DNA of 45,962 bases from an uncultured Candidatus Peribacteria bacterium. GTDB taxonomy: Bacteria > Patescibacteriota > Gracilibacteria > UBA1369 > LOWO2-01-FULL-3. The position numbers were made by a program, and so were the translations under genes. Positions 1 to 9,053 of the stretch are shown here, piece by piece (within the stretch, counting starts at the first letter, position 1; each line of letters starts with the position of its first letter). The stretch is taken from the NCBI GenBank assembly GCA_964629065.1, contig CAZVOZ010000002.1:13260-59221 (forward strand). Direction: 5' to 3'. The notes under the pieces are model-generated. The model saw only the letters and a program-made list of their open reading frames with translations. It had not been told where the DNA came from and did not search any database.

Positions 1-2
1 AT

Positions 3-95
3 GCTTACAAAAAATTGGAAGGGTTTGGTGAAGCGGCTTTTGCGCAGGCGGCGCGGGCGGCGGTGCTTGAGATGAGGGAAGAGCTAAGAAGCTAG
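3..95 (+). CDS. 3' end of an unidentified gene (partial, enters from window edge)
   Basis: Frame 3 is open from the window edge to TAG at 93-95. It translates to AYKKLEGFGEAAFAQAARAAVLEMREELRS, with the G/T-ending codon style of the other + strand genes. Too short to name. It would overlap the rsmA 3' end by 12 nt. Confidence 0.25.
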   Translation, partial: AYKKLEGFGEAAFAQAARAAVLEMREELRS

Positions 96-815
96 AATCT
101 TCTCCCAATCCTCAATACTCAAATGCTCCGGTCTTTTGTCGCCGAGGTTGAGGGTGGCGAGGATTTCGGCGTGGCTTTTGAGGGTGTTGGAGAGTTTTTT
201 GCGTTTGGAGGTGAAGGCTTTTTTGGCGAGGTTGAGGATTTCGAGGGCTTTTTCGAGGGGGAATTTGTTTTGGACTTCGATGTGGATGATGGCGGAATGG
301 ACTTTTGGTGGTGGGTAGAAGGCGGTGTTTTCGACTTTGGCGATGATTCGGGCGGTGCCGAAGAGAGCAACTTGGAGCGATAAAACGCTCATGTCGGGGT
401 CGATTTTAACGATTTTTTCGGCGACTTCTTTTTGGACTAGAAGGGTGAGGGTTTTTGGGGGATTGGGTCGTTGGAGGAAATGGTTGATGAGCGGAGAAGT
501 GATGTAGTAGGGGATGTTGGCGACGATTTTGTAGTTTGTTTCGGTTGGTTCGTATTTTAGGGCATCTTGATGGATGATTTGGACATGTGGTGGTAGGGTT
601 TTTTGAAGGTGGGGGATGAGGTCGGTGTCGAGTTCGATGGTGGTGAGGTTTTTGGTTTTTTTGGCGAGTTCGATTGTGAGTACGCCGAGGCCGGGGCCGA
701 TTTCGAGGACATTTTCATCGGGTTGGATGTCCGCCGCTTTGAGGATTTGGTTGAGGGCTTTTTCGCTTTGGAGAAAGTTTTGGCCGAGGTGTTTTTTGGG
801 TTTTACTTTGTCCAA
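84..815 (-). CDS. rsmA: 16S rRNA (adenine1518/1519-N6)-dimethyltransferase RsmA/KsgA
   Basis: 243 aa. Has the KKHLGQNFL N-terminal motif and the SAM-binding LEIGPGLGVLT motif of the KsgA/Dim1 family. The start codon at 813-815 is TTG and overlaps the upstream ORF by 13 nt. Confidence 0.9.
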   Translation of the reverse strand: MDKVKPKKHLGQNFLQSEKALNQILKAADIQPDENVLEIGPGLGVLTIELAKKTKNLTTIELDTDLIPHLQKTLPPHVQIIHQDALKYEPTETNYKIVANIPYYITSPLINHFLQRPNPPKTLTLLVQKEVAEKIVKIDPDMSVLSLQVALFGTARIIAKVENTAFYPPPKVHSAIIHIEVQNKFPLEKALEILNLAKKAFTSKRKKLSNTLKSHAEILATLNLGDKRPEHLSIEDWEKILAS

Positions 816-1054
816 TTGATTTTGATTAATTTGATTTGTTCGGTTTTGCCGGCGAGGATGGAGATGGCGTCGCGGGGGATATTTAGTTCTTGGCTGAGGA
901 ATTTGATTAGTTCGTCATTGGCTTTGCCTTTTTCGGGAGCGGCTTTGATGCGGATTTTGATCGTTTCGTCGCTGAGGATTTCACTGATTTCGGTTTTGGC
1001 GCTTTTAGGGATTACTTTGATGCGGAGGTAGTCGTTTCGGGGGATTTCAAACAT
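803..1054 (-). CDS. DUF167 (YggU-like) small protein
   Basis: 83 aa. The pattern LRIKVIPKSAK...IKIRIKAAPEKGKANDELIKFLSQEL...AGKTEQIKLIKI matches the YggU/DUF167 fold signature (..P.A....APP..G.AN..L.KFL...G..S..K.I.I). Confidence 0.7.
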   Translation of the reverse strand: MFEIPRNDYLRIKVIPKSAKTEISEILSDETIKIRIKAAPEKGKANDELIKFLSQELNIPRDAISILAGKTEQIKLIKINWTK

Positions 1055-2510
1055 ATTTCCGGATGATTTTAGGCGTGATGATGAGGAAAAGCAAAGTGAT
1101 TAGTGCGGGTTTCCATATTTCGAAGTTGAAGTCGCTGAGGTAAAATGTGATGAGTATGGCGAGGATGCTGGTGAGATGAAGGTAAAGGTTTTTGGTTTTG
1201 GTGTGGTTGTGAGCGAGGTAAATTGTGCTGATGGTGAAGGCGGTGATGATGGTGTGGATAGCCGCTTTTTGGCTAATTTCTGAGCTGAAGGCGAGGCTGG
1301 GTTCCCAACCGAAGCGGGCGAGTTGCCAAAAGTATAGGCCGTTGAGGAAAATGGCGATCAGAAAGAGGTATAGGGTTTCTTGAAAGGTGGTGAGGCGGTT
1401 TTTTTGTTTTGGGGCTGATTCGAGACTGAGTTGGAGGCCGCTATTGATGATTTCGAAGAGGATGAGGAAGGTGATGGTGAATGGTAATGGGGCTTGGAGT
1501 AGCAGTGCGGGGATGAGGAGGCTGATGAGTAGGGTTTTGGTTTTGATGGTGTGCTTTTGGATTTGAATTTTGTTTTGTTCGCTGGTTTTGTGGTGAACGA
1601 TGCGGTGGAGGATTGTGGCAATGGAGAGTTTTTGATCATTGTGAAAGACTTCGGATTCGAGGTTTTCGGGGGCTTTGGTTATTTTGAGGTCGTGGGCGAT
1701 GGCGAGGGTGTCTTTGTCGTTTTCGTTTTCGTCGAGGTAGATTTCGACTCCGAGGCGGCGTAATTCTTTGATTTGAGGTTTGATTTCATTTTGGACGAAG
1801 TGGCCGAGGCCGATGAAGCCGATGAAGACGAGGTCGTTTTCGATGAAGCTGTTTTCGTATTTGCTGTAGCGTTTGCGAGGAAGGCCTTTGTAGGCGAAGG
1901 CGACGAGTTTGTGACCATTATCCAATTGTTTTTTGATTTTCTTTTTTAGTTTGGTGATCAATGTTGGGTCGAGGTCGATTTTTTTGCCGTCGATGAGGAT
2001 GCGGCGGCAGGCGTTGAGAATGGTGAAGGGGTTGCCTTTGCAGAAGGCATAGATTTCTTCGCTGGCGGTTTCGAGCGCGACGGTGGAAGAGATTTTACTT
2101 GTTTCGAGGACGGGGAGTTGGTCGAGGATGCGGTATTCGCGGAAGAATTTTTCTTGATGGATGTTGTGGTGGCTGAGGAATTGTTTGATTACTTTTTCTT
2201 GGGCGGCTAGTTTTGGGTAGCGGCAGAAGTTGATTATTTTGGCCATGAGTTCGATGCTGGCGTTTTCCTTGATGATTATTTCTTGATTTTGGCTTTGGAT
2301 GTCGATGCGTTTATCGTCATAAACGATGCTGCGGATGGTTACTTCGGGTTGGGTGAGGATGCCGGTGGCTTGGGTTTTGATGATGTCGATGTTTGCGAAG
2401 TTTTTGTCTTGTTTGAGGATGAATTTTTTTAATAGGTAAATTAGCCCAAGGTTAAGCGGTAGAGCGGCGAGGAGGAGGGTGATGATTTGTAGGGTTAGGT
2501 TTGGGGGCAT
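1047..2510 (-). CDS. P-type-ATPase-like membrane protein, N-terminally truncated and lacking catalytic motifs (pseudoenzyme or decaying paralogue)
   Basis: 487 aa. It aligns by eye to TM4, the P/N domains and the C-terminal TM bundle of the neighbouring ATPase (LAALPLNLGLI vs AIPEGLPIIV; KLVAFAYKGL..NDLVFIGFIGL vs LRVLGLAYRTG..EQLIFVGLVAM; PLPFTITFLILFEIINSGLQLSLESAP vs PLPILALQVLWLNVATDALPALALGRSP). DKTGTLT is replaced by QATGILT, TGDN by DENEND, and no GDGxND motif is present. Confidence 0.6.
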   Translation of the reverse strand: MPPNLTLQIITLLLAALPLNLGLIYLLKKFILKQDKNFANIDIIKTQATGILTQPEVTIRSIVYDDKRIDIQSQNQEIIIKENASIELMAKIINFCRYPKLAAQEKVIKQFLSHHNIHQEKFFREYRILDQLPVLETSKISSTVALETASEEIYAFCKGNPFTILNACRRILIDGKKIDLDPTLITKLKKKIKKQLDNGHKLVAFAYKGLPRKRYSKYENSFIENDLVFIGFIGLGHFVQNEIKPQIKELRRLGVEIYLDENENDKDTLAIAHDLKITKAPENLESEVFHNDQKLSIATILHRIVHHKTSEQNKIQIQKHTIKTKTLLISLLIPALLLQAPLPFTITFLILFEIINSGLQLSLESAPKQKNRLTTFQETLYLFLIAIFLNGLYFWQLARFGWEPSLAFSSEISQKAAIHTIITAFTISTIYLAHNHTKTKNLYLHLTSILAILITFYLSDFNFEIWKPALITLLFLIITPKIIRKYV

Positions 2511-3155
2511 TTATTTGAGGTTTTTGTGACGCCATTTTTCGATTTCTTTGTGATGGCCGGAGAGGAGGACTTCGGGGACTTGGAGGCCGTGGAATTCTTG
2601 GGGTCGGGTATAGTGGGGATATTCTTTTTTGCGGTTGAAGGCTTTGGAGAAGGAATCTTGTTCGTGGGAGCTGTCTTTGCCGAGGACGCCGGGGATTAAG
2701 CGGGCGACGGCGTCGAGGATGGTCATGGCGGGTAATTCGCCGCCGGTAAGGACGAAGTCGCCGATGGAGATTTCTTGATCGACGAAAAGGTCGATGATGC
2801 GTTGGTCGATACCTTCGTAGCGACCGCAAATAAGGATCATTTCTTGCTGTTTGGCGAATCTTTCGGCCTTGGATTGAGTGAAGCGTCGTCCTTGGGGGCT
2901 GAGGTAGATGACGGGGCCTTTATTTACTTTTTTAATTGTGGTGAGGCAGTCGGCCAAAGGTTGGGGGGTCATGACCATGCCAGCGCCGCCGCCGAAAGGG
3001 ATGTCATCGACTTTTTTGTGCTTGTCTTTGCTATATTCGCGGATGTCGTGGATTTTGATAGTGATGAGTTTGGCTTTGAGGGCGCGTTTAATAATGCTTT
3101 CGCCGAGGTAGGAGCGGAAGATTTCTGGAAAGATTGTAAGGATGTCGAATCGCAT
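2511..3155 (-). CDS. trmD: tRNA (guanine37-N1)-methyltransferase TrmD
   Basis: 214 aa. Has the MRFDILTIFPEIF N-terminus and the DDIPFGGGAGMVM and CGRYEGIDQR motifs typical of TrmD. Its stop codon directly abuts the downstream ORF's ATG. Confidence 0.92.
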   Translation of the reverse strand: MRFDILTIFPEIFRSYLGESIIKRALKAKLITIKIHDIREYSKDKHKKVDDIPFGGGAGMVMTPQPLADCLTTIKKVNKGPVIYLSPQGRRFTQSKAERFAKQQEMILICGRYEGIDQRIIDLFVDQEISIGDFVLTGGELPAMTILDAVARLIPGVLGKDSSHEQDSFSKAFNRKKEYPHYTRPQEFHGLQVPEVLLSGHHKEIEKWRHKNLK

Positions 3156-3164
3156 GCCGCTAGT

Positions 3165-5666
3165 TTAGCGTGAAAACAGCCATTTTCCAACTTGATTGAG
3201 CTTTGGGATGATGAAAGCGCTGGCGGCACCGATGATCACGATGAGCCAATGGAATGGTTCGAGGGGGATTGTTTTGAAAATGGCTTGAGCGGGTGGGAAA
3301 TAGAGGATGATGCTGTGGGCAAGGAAGGAGATGGCGACGGCGGCGATGAGGTATCTGTTTTTGCCTTGTTTGCAGACGAAGGCGAAGAAGAGTTCGAACA
3401 TCACGGTTTGGGTGAAAACGAGGGTGCGGGCGTAGGATGGTGTGTCGAGGTTGGCGGTGATGATGCCGGCTTGTTGATCGAGATGGAGGCCGTAGATGTA
3501 GATGAGGATGTTGACGCCGACTTGGACGACGGCGGCGATAATGATGAAGCCAAGGAATTTGTAGAGGATGTTTTCTTTTTTGGGATGGGGTTTTTGTTGC
3601 ATGATGTTTGGCGCGGCGGGGGAGCGGCCGAGGGCGAGTGCGGGGAGCGCGTCGGTGGCGACATTGAGCCAAAGGACTTGGAGCGCGAGGATTGGTAGAG
3701 GGTAGTTGCCAATGGTGATGACGGCGACAAGGAGGATCGTGATGAAGTTAGCGGAAAGCATGTATTTGATGAAGGAGAGGATGTTGTTGTAAATGCGGCG
3801 GCCTTCTTCAATGGTGGTGACGATGGTGGAGAAGTTGTCGTCTTTGAGGACGATGTCGGCGACTTCTTTGGTGGCTTCGGTGCCTTTGATGCCCATGGCG
3901 ATGCCAACATCGGCGTGTTTTAATGCGGGGGCGTCGTTGACGCCATCGCCGGTGACGGCGACAACTTCGTGGTCTTTTTGTAAGAGGTCGACGATGCGGT
4001 ATTTGTGTTCGGGTTTGGTGCGGGCGAAGATTTCGGTTTTGCGGATTAGCTTTAAAAGGTCTTCGTCGTTTAGTTTGTCGATTTCATCGCCGGTGGCGAC
4101 GGAGGTGATTTGCATGCCGATTTTTTCGCCGATGGCTTTGGCGGTGATGGCGTTGTCGCCGGTAATGATTTTTACTTTAATGCCGGCTTCGCGGGCGATT
4201 TTTAGAGACATGGCGACGGTTTTGCGTGGTGGGTCGATCATCGCGACGAGGCCGACGAAGATCAGTTGTTCTTCTTTGAATTCGCCAGTGCGATAGGCGA
4301 GGCCGAGGACGCGGAGGGCTTTGGTGGAGTATTTAAGCGCTTGTTTTGTGATGAGGTTTTTTTCGGCGCTGTCGAGTCGGTGGATTTCGCCGTTTTTGGC
4401 GATGTGGCTGGATTTTTTGAGAATTTCTTCGAAGGCACCTTTGGCGAAAAGGACTTTGGTGCCGCCTTTTTGATGGTAGGTGCTCATCATTTTGCGGTCG
4501 GAGGTGAATACTTTTTCGTCGAGTTTTTCGTAGATTTTGGTGGTGCCGGTTTTGAGACTGAGGACTTTGAGGGCGATTTCGGTGGGGTCGCCGAGATAAT
4601 GTTTGCCGACGAAGGCGTTGTTGCAGTTTTCGGAGATTTCCATTAGGAGGGTTTCTTCTGGGGTTTGGATTTGGATTTTGTCTTCGATTTCGTATCCTTG
4701 GCCGGGGATGTCTTTTTCTTCGTTGTTGACGAAGATTGTTTTGACGGTCATTTCGTTGAGTGTGAGGGTGCCGGTTTTGTCGGAACAGATGACGGTGGTG
4801 GCGCCGAGGGTTTCGATGGCGGTCATTTTGCGGACGATGGCGTTTTTGCGGGCGAGGATTTGGACGCCGCTGGCTAAAGTGAGGGTGACGATGATGGGGA
4901 GGCCTTCGGGGATGGCGGAAACGCCGAGGGCGACGGTGGTCATGAGCATTTCAAAGAGGGGGATTTTGCGCAGGAAGCCGAGAAGGAAGAGGATACTGAT
5001 GAGGCCGAGGGTGAAGAGGCCGATTTTTTTGCCGAGTTGATCGAGTTGTTTGGCGAGAGGGGATTTGTGTTTTTGGTTTTCGTTGAGGAGGGCGACGATT
5101 TTGCCGAATTCAGTGTTTTGGCCGGTAGAAAGGACTTTGGCGAGGCCGCGGCCGCTGGTGATTAGTGTGCCTTTGAAGAGTTTGTCGGCGAGGGCTTTGA
5201 GGACTGGTTGGCTTTCGCCGGTGAGGATGGCTTCGTCGACTTGGAGGCTGAAGTTTTCGATGAGTTCGAGGTCGGCGGGGATTTTGTCGCCTTCGCTGAG
5301 GATGAGGATGTCGCCAGGGACGAGTTCGCGCACGGGGATTTCTTTTTCTTCGCCGTCGCGGATGACGATGGTGCGTGGGACGACGAGGTTGGAGAGTTTT
5401 TTGACGGCGTTTTCTGCTTTGTATTCTTGGATAAAGCCGATGATTGCATTGATGATGACGATGGCGAGGATGGCGATGCCGTCAACGGTTTCTTTGAGGA
5501 AAATTGATATGCCGCCGGCGAAAATCAGGAGGATTGTGAGGAAAGAGTTGAATTGGGAGAGGAAGATTTTGAGGCCGCGGAATTCCTTTTTGGTGGGGAT
5601 TTCGTTGTAGCCAAACTTTTCGAGTTGGGCTTGGACTTCGCTGGAAGAGAGGCCTGAAAGTTTCAT
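3165..5666 (-). CDS. P-type cation-transporting ATPase (type II, Ca2+-ATPase-like)
   Basis: All hallmark motifs are present: TGES (ILTGESQPV), PEGLP, the phosphorylation site CSDKTGTLT, KGAFE, ITGDN and TGDGVNDAPALK, plus TM6 LWLNVATDALPA. I place the start at the internal ATG (5664-5666, MKLSGLSS...) because the longer ORF (to 5828) would read through the rpsI terminator and overlap rpsI. Confidence 0.88.
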   Translation of the reverse strand: MKLSGLSSSEVQAQLEKFGYNEIPTKKEFRGLKIFLSQFNSFLTILLIFAGGISIFLKETVDGIAILAIVIINAIIGFIQEYKAENAVKKLSNLVVPRTIVIRDGEEKEIPVRELVPGDILILSEGDKIPADLELIENFSLQVDEAILTGESQPVLKALADKLFKGTLITSGRGLAKVLSTGQNTEFGKIVALLNENQKHKSPLAKQLDQLGKKIGLFTLGLISILFLLGFLRKIPLFEMLMTTVALGVSAIPEGLPIIVTLTLASGVQILARKNAIVRKMTAIETLGATTVICSDKTGTLTLNEMTVKTIFVNNEEKDIPGQGYEIEDKIQIQTPEETLLMEISENCNNAFVGKHYLGDPTEIALKVLSLKTGTTKIYEKLDEKVFTSDRKMMSTYHQKGGTKVLFAKGAFEEILKKSSHIAKNGEIHRLDSAEKNLITKQALKYSTKALRVLGLAYRTGEFKEEQLIFVGLVAMIDPPRKTVAMSLKIAREAGIKVKIITGDNAITAKAIGEKIGMQITSVATGDEIDKLNDEDLLKLIRKTEIFARTKPEHKYRIVDLLQKDHEVVAVTGDGVNDAPALKHADVGIAMGIKGTEATKEVADIVLKDDNFSTIVTTIEEGRRIYNNILSFIKYMLSANFITILLVAVITIGNYPLPILALQVLWLNVATDALPALALGRSPAAPNIMQQKPHPKKENILYKFLGFIIIAAVVQVGVNILIYIYGLHLDQQAGIITANLDTPSYARTLVFTQTVMFELFFAFVCKQGKNRYLIAAVAISFLAHSIILYFPPAQAIFKTIPLEPFHWLIVIIGAASAFIIPKLNQVGKWLFSR

Positions 5667-5679
5667 AGGAAAATAATAA

Positions 5680-5725
5680 AGAAAAAAGAAGAAAGAAAAA
5701 AGGAGATAAAATAATTTATCTCCTT
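5680..5725 (-). terminator. Rho-independent terminator downstream of rpsI
   Basis: On the minus strand, a 10-bp stem AGGAGATAAA/TTTATCTCCT (5715-5724 pairing with 5701-5710) has a 4-nt loop. It is followed by TTTTTCTTTCTTCTTTTTT. Confidence 0.65.
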
Positions 5726-5751
5726 CTCTTTTTAGTTTTTTATCTACACTC

Positions 5752-6186
5752 TTAGCGTTTGCTGAATTGTGGGGCTTTACGCGCTCTCTTGAGACCGAAT
5801 TTCTTACGCTCTTTGCTTCTTGGATCACGAGTAAGGAAGCCGGCTTTGCGGAGAGCCGTTTTGTTCGCGATGTCTTCTTCGACCAATGCGCGGGCGATGC
5901 CGTGGCGGATTGCTTCGGCTTGGCCAGTTTGGCCGCCGCCTTCGACTTTGACAGTGATGTCGTATTTGCCGTTGTTACCGGTCGCTTTCAATGGGCTTTC
6001 GATTGATTTGATTAGTTCTTTCACTGGGAAGTATTGGTTTACTTCGCGGTTGTTGACGGTGATGACGCCTTTACCTTTATAGAGGCGAACTTTGGCGCTG
6101 GATGTTTTTCTTTTGCCGTTGCCGTAATGATATTTGCCGCCTGGGGTGTCGATTTTTACTGGTTGTTCTTCAGTTGTTTTAGTCAT
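5752..6186 (-). CDS. rpsI: 30S ribosomal protein uS9
   Basis: 144 aa. The C-terminus ...LTRDPRSKERKKFGLKRARKAPQFSKR is diagnostic of S9. It follows rplM. Confidence 0.95.
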   Translation of the reverse strand: MTKTTEEQPVKIDTPGGKYHYGNGKRKTSSAKVRLYKGKGVITVNNREVNQYFPVKELIKSIESPLKATGNNGKYDITVKVEGGGQTGQAEAIRHGIARALVEEDIANKTALRKAGFLTRDPRSKERKKFGLKRARKAPQFSKR

Positions 6187-6196
6187 TTGTGGGGAT

Positions 6197-6625
6197 TTAT
6201 ACTGCTAATTTTTCAGGTTGTTGCGCTTCGTGTGGATGTTCGGCACCTGCGTAAACTTTGAGTTTAGACATGAAAACAGAGCGCAATTTGTTTTTTGGGA
6301 GCATGCCGCTGACAGCGAATTCGATTACTTTGGTTGGATGTTTTTGTAGCAATTCTTCAGCAGTAAGATTGTCGTAACCACCTGGGAAACCAGAATGTTT
6401 GTGGTAAAGTTTTTGGTCGAATTTGTTGCCAGTGAATTTTACTTTTTCGGCATTGATGACAATGACATGATCGCCACAATCGAGATGTGGTGTGAAGATG
6501 GCTTTGTCTTTGCCGCGAAGTTTGTCGGCAATTTTGGTAGCAATGCGGCCTGGAACTTTGCCGGCGGCGTCAACGATGTAGAATTTCGTTTTGATTTGCT
6601 CTTTTTTCGGGATGGATGTTTTCAT
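6197..6625 (-). CDS. rplM: 50S ribosomal protein uL13
   Basis: 142 aa. Carries uL13 signatures: KFYIVDAAGKVPGRIATKIADKLRGK and HSGFPGG. Confidence 0.95.
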   Translation of the reverse strand: MKTSIPKKEQIKTKFYIVDAAGKVPGRIATKIADKLRGKDKAIFTPHLDCGDHVIVINAEKVKFTGNKFDQKLYHKHSGFPGGYDNLTAEELLQKHPTKVIEFAVSGMLPKNKLRSVFMSKLKVYAGAEHPHEAQQPEKLAV

Positions 6626-6633
6626 ATGTTTGA

Positions 6634-6987
6634 TTAGACGAGTTCGATTTGGACTACTGGAGCGCGATCGCCATTGCGGTAACCGAGTTTGACGATTCTA
6701 GTGTAACCAGAAGTGTGGTTCTTGTATTTTTCCAATAGCACTTCAAAGATTTTTTTGGCGCTGTCTTCGTGTTGAATCAAGCGGTTTACTTCGCGGATGC
6801 CGTGGACTTTTTCGCTATTCTTAGCGATGGTGATCAATCTTTCAACGAAGGGTTGAACCGCTTTGGCTTTAGCTGCAGTGGTTTTGATACCATCGTGAAT
6901 GATGATTTGCATCGCGAGGTTGCGGATTAGGGCAACGCGGTGATCTTTGTCGCTTCCTAGCTGTATTTTCTTTACTTTGTGTCTCAT
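6634..6987 (-). CDS. rplQ: 50S ribosomal protein bL17
   Basis: 117 aa. Has the MRHKVKKIQLGSDKDHRVALIRNLA... N-terminus and lies downstream of rpoA. Confidence 0.95.
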   Translation of the reverse strand: MRHKVKKIQLGSDKDHRVALIRNLAMQIIIHDGIKTTAAKAKAVQPFVERLITIAKNSEKVHGIREVNRLIQHEDSAKKIFEVLLEKYKNHTSGYTRIVKLGYRNGDRAPVVQIELV

Positions 6988-7012
6988 GATTTAGGGATTG
7001 ATTGGAAAAATG

Positions 7013-7987
7013 TTAATCTTCACTTAGTTGGAGGCCTTTCTTTGCAAGAGCGTCAGCTACTTCTGTGAGTGCCTTTCTACCAAATCCACGGAGATTTGAC
7101 AACTTACTTTCTGTACATTTGGAAAGTTGTTCGATTGAGCCAATACCACCATTGATGAGGGCATTGAGCGTTCGTGGAGAGAAGCCAAGGATTTCAACTG
7201 GAGTGTAAGCCTCTTGTGCTGGTTTGCTGGACTGTTGTTCGTGTTCTTTTTCGAGAATTGATTTGATGTCGGACATGTATTCTTCTTCAACCATGATATT
7301 GTCGGCATTGAAAAGACCGAAATATGATTGAGCCAAGTTTGAAGAGAAACGAAGAGCGTCTTCTGGAGAGATAGCCCCGTTAGTTTTGATTTCGAGAGTA
7401 AGTTTGTCGAGGTTGGTCATTTGGCCAACACGAGTGGCTTCGACATCGTAACGAACTTTTTTGATTGGTGTATAACCAGCGTCGAGAACGATCATGTTAG
7501 CGTCGGTCTCCATTTTTTGGCGAACGCTTGCTGGAACATAACCTACGCCTTTTTCAACGCGCATTTCGATTTCAAGCTTTGTTCCTTTTTCAGATGTACA
7601 AATATAAAGTTCTGGATTGATAATTTGTACTTCTGATGGGCAAGAGATATCTTTTGCCGTAATTTTTCCGCCTTTTGAGACATCTAATTTGACATAAGAA
7701 ATGTCGGAAGTGTCTTTCTTGATATTGAGAAGTTTCAAATTCAAGCAAAGGTCAAGAAGACTTTCTTTAAGTCCTTTTACTGTGGAATATTCGTGGCTAA
7801 TGCCAGCGATTTTGATTCCGGTAACACATGCACCGGGGAGAGATGATAGGAGGATGCGACGCAATGCATTACCCAAAGTGACGCCGTAGCCAGTTGGCAG
7901 GGGACTCATCGTGAAGAGAACATGGTTTTCACCAATGGATTCCGTTTTTACCTTTGGAATGCCGATTTCTTCTTGGATTTGATGCAT
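7013..7987 (-). CDS. rpoA: DNA-directed RNA polymerase subunit alpha
   Basis: 324 aa. Has an N-terminal assembly domain (GNALRRILLSSLPG) and a C-terminal alpha-CTD helix-hairpin-helix (FSPRTLNALINGGIGSIEQL). Synteny is the expected rpsD-rpoA-rplQ. Confidence 0.95.
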   Translation of the reverse strand: MHQIQEEIGIPKVKTESIGENHVLFTMSPLPTGYGVTLGNALRRILLSSLPGACVTGIKIAGISHEYSTVKGLKESLLDLCLNLKLLNIKKDTSDISYVKLDVSKGGKITAKDISCPSEVQIINPELYICTSEKGTKLEIEMRVEKGVGYVPASVRQKMETDANMIVLDAGYTPIKKVRYDVEATRVGQMTNLDKLTLEIKTNGAISPEDALRFSSNLAQSYFGLFNADNIMVEEEYMSDIKSILEKEHEQQSSKPAQEAYTPVEILGFSPRTLNALINGGIGSIEQLSKCTESKLSNLRGFGRKALTEVADALAKKGLQLSED

Positions 7988-8008
7988 TTTAAATTGTTAG
8001 GGGAAGTT

Positions 8009-8620
8009 TTATTTTGAGTAGAACTCAGTAATCAATTGGGCGTTGATGATTTGTTCGAGATCGTCGTCGGCCGGCATGGCGATTACTTCGCCTTTTAATG
8101 CTTTCGCTTCAGCTTTGATCCACTTTGGTGTTTTGTTCTTACCTTCTTTGGTTGTTTCGAACAGTTTTGAAGATTTGCTCTTTTCTCTGACTTCAAATGT
8201 ATCACCTTCTTTTACAAGAATCGATGGGGTTTTTACGCGGCGACCATTAAGATTAATAAGGCCGTGACCAACGATTTGGCGCGCTTGTTGTCTTGTTGTT
8301 GCTAAACCAGCGCGGAAAATAACATTGTCCAAGCGTGTTTCGAGAAGTTTGAGGTATTTGTTACCAGTAATCTCAGAACTTTTGCTTGCCATGTCAAAGT
8401 AGCGGCGAGATTGTTTTTCGCTGATACCGTACATGAAACGCGCTTTTTGTTTCTCTTCCAATTGTTTTTGGAATTCAGACTTCTTTGAGAAACGCTTTTG
8501 GCCGTGTTCACCGGGTTTATAGTTTTTCTTTTCGTAAGCTTTGCGTTTGCTATCACCGTTTGTGAATAGGGTAACGCCTAGTTTGCGTGAGAGTCTAGTT
8601 ATTGGTCCGGTGTATCGCAT
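8009..8620 (-). CDS. rpsD: 30S ribosomal protein uS4
   Basis: 203 aa. Has the MRYTGPITRLSRKLG N-terminus and the S4 RNA-binding domain RLDNVIFRAGLATTRQQARQIVGHG. Confidence 0.95.
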   Translation of the reverse strand: MRYTGPITRLSRKLGVTLFTNGDSKRKAYEKKNYKPGEHGQKRFSKKSEFQKQLEEKQKARFMYGISEKQSRRYFDMASKSSEITGNKYLKLLETRLDNVIFRAGLATTRQQARQIVGHGLINLNGRRVKTPSILVKEGDTFEVREKSKSSKLFETTKEGKNKTPKWIKAEAKALKGEVIAMPADDDLEQIINAQLITEFYSK

Positions 8621-8647
8621 TTTCGACAGTTAAATGGTTTGAATTAA

Positions 8648-9043
8648 TTATACGCGGCGAGCCTTCTTTTGGCGGCAGCCATTGTGGGGGATAGCGGTGA
8701 CATCGTTGATTTCTAGAATGTCGAGGCCTTTGGAGATCAATCCGCGAACGGCTTGTTCACGGCCACTTCCCACACCTTTGATGAAAACATTAACTCTTTC
8801 AAGACCGAAAGCCTTGGCTTTTTCAGCGGCGTTTTCAGCAGAGATTTGAGCGGCGTAAGGAGTTGATTTGCGTGCACCTTTGAAGCCGCTACCACCAGCA
8901 CTTCCCCAAGCGAGAACATCGCCTTTAAGATCAGTGACGGTAACAATGGTATTGTTGAAAGATGCTTGGACATGAACATTGCCCTCTTGGACAATCCTTT
9001 TTTTCGCTTTAGGCTTTTTTGCCGTAGTTTTCTTCTCAGCCAT
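8648..9043 (-). CDS. rpsK: 30S ribosomal protein uS11
   Basis: 131 aa. The core is [37 protein letters not shown]. Confidence 0.95.
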   Translation of the reverse strand: MAEKKTTAKKPKAKKRIVQEGNVHVQASFNNTIVTVTDLKGDVLAWGSAGGSGFKGARKSTPYAAQISAENAAEKAKAFGLERVNVFIKGVGSGREQAVRGLISKGLDILEINDVTAIPHNGCRQKKARRV

Positions 9044-9053
9044 TATTTAAGGT

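Noticed and set aside
5667-5828. N-terminal 54-aa extension of the P-type ATPase ORF (tracked as 3165..5828).
   Set aside because: The extension overlaps the 3' end of rpsI and translates the rpsI terminator hairpin and T-tract (..LFYLLFSFFFFLYYFP). The conserved ATPase N-terminus begins at the internal Met (MKLSGLSSSEVQAQLEKFGYNEIP), so I set the start to 5666.
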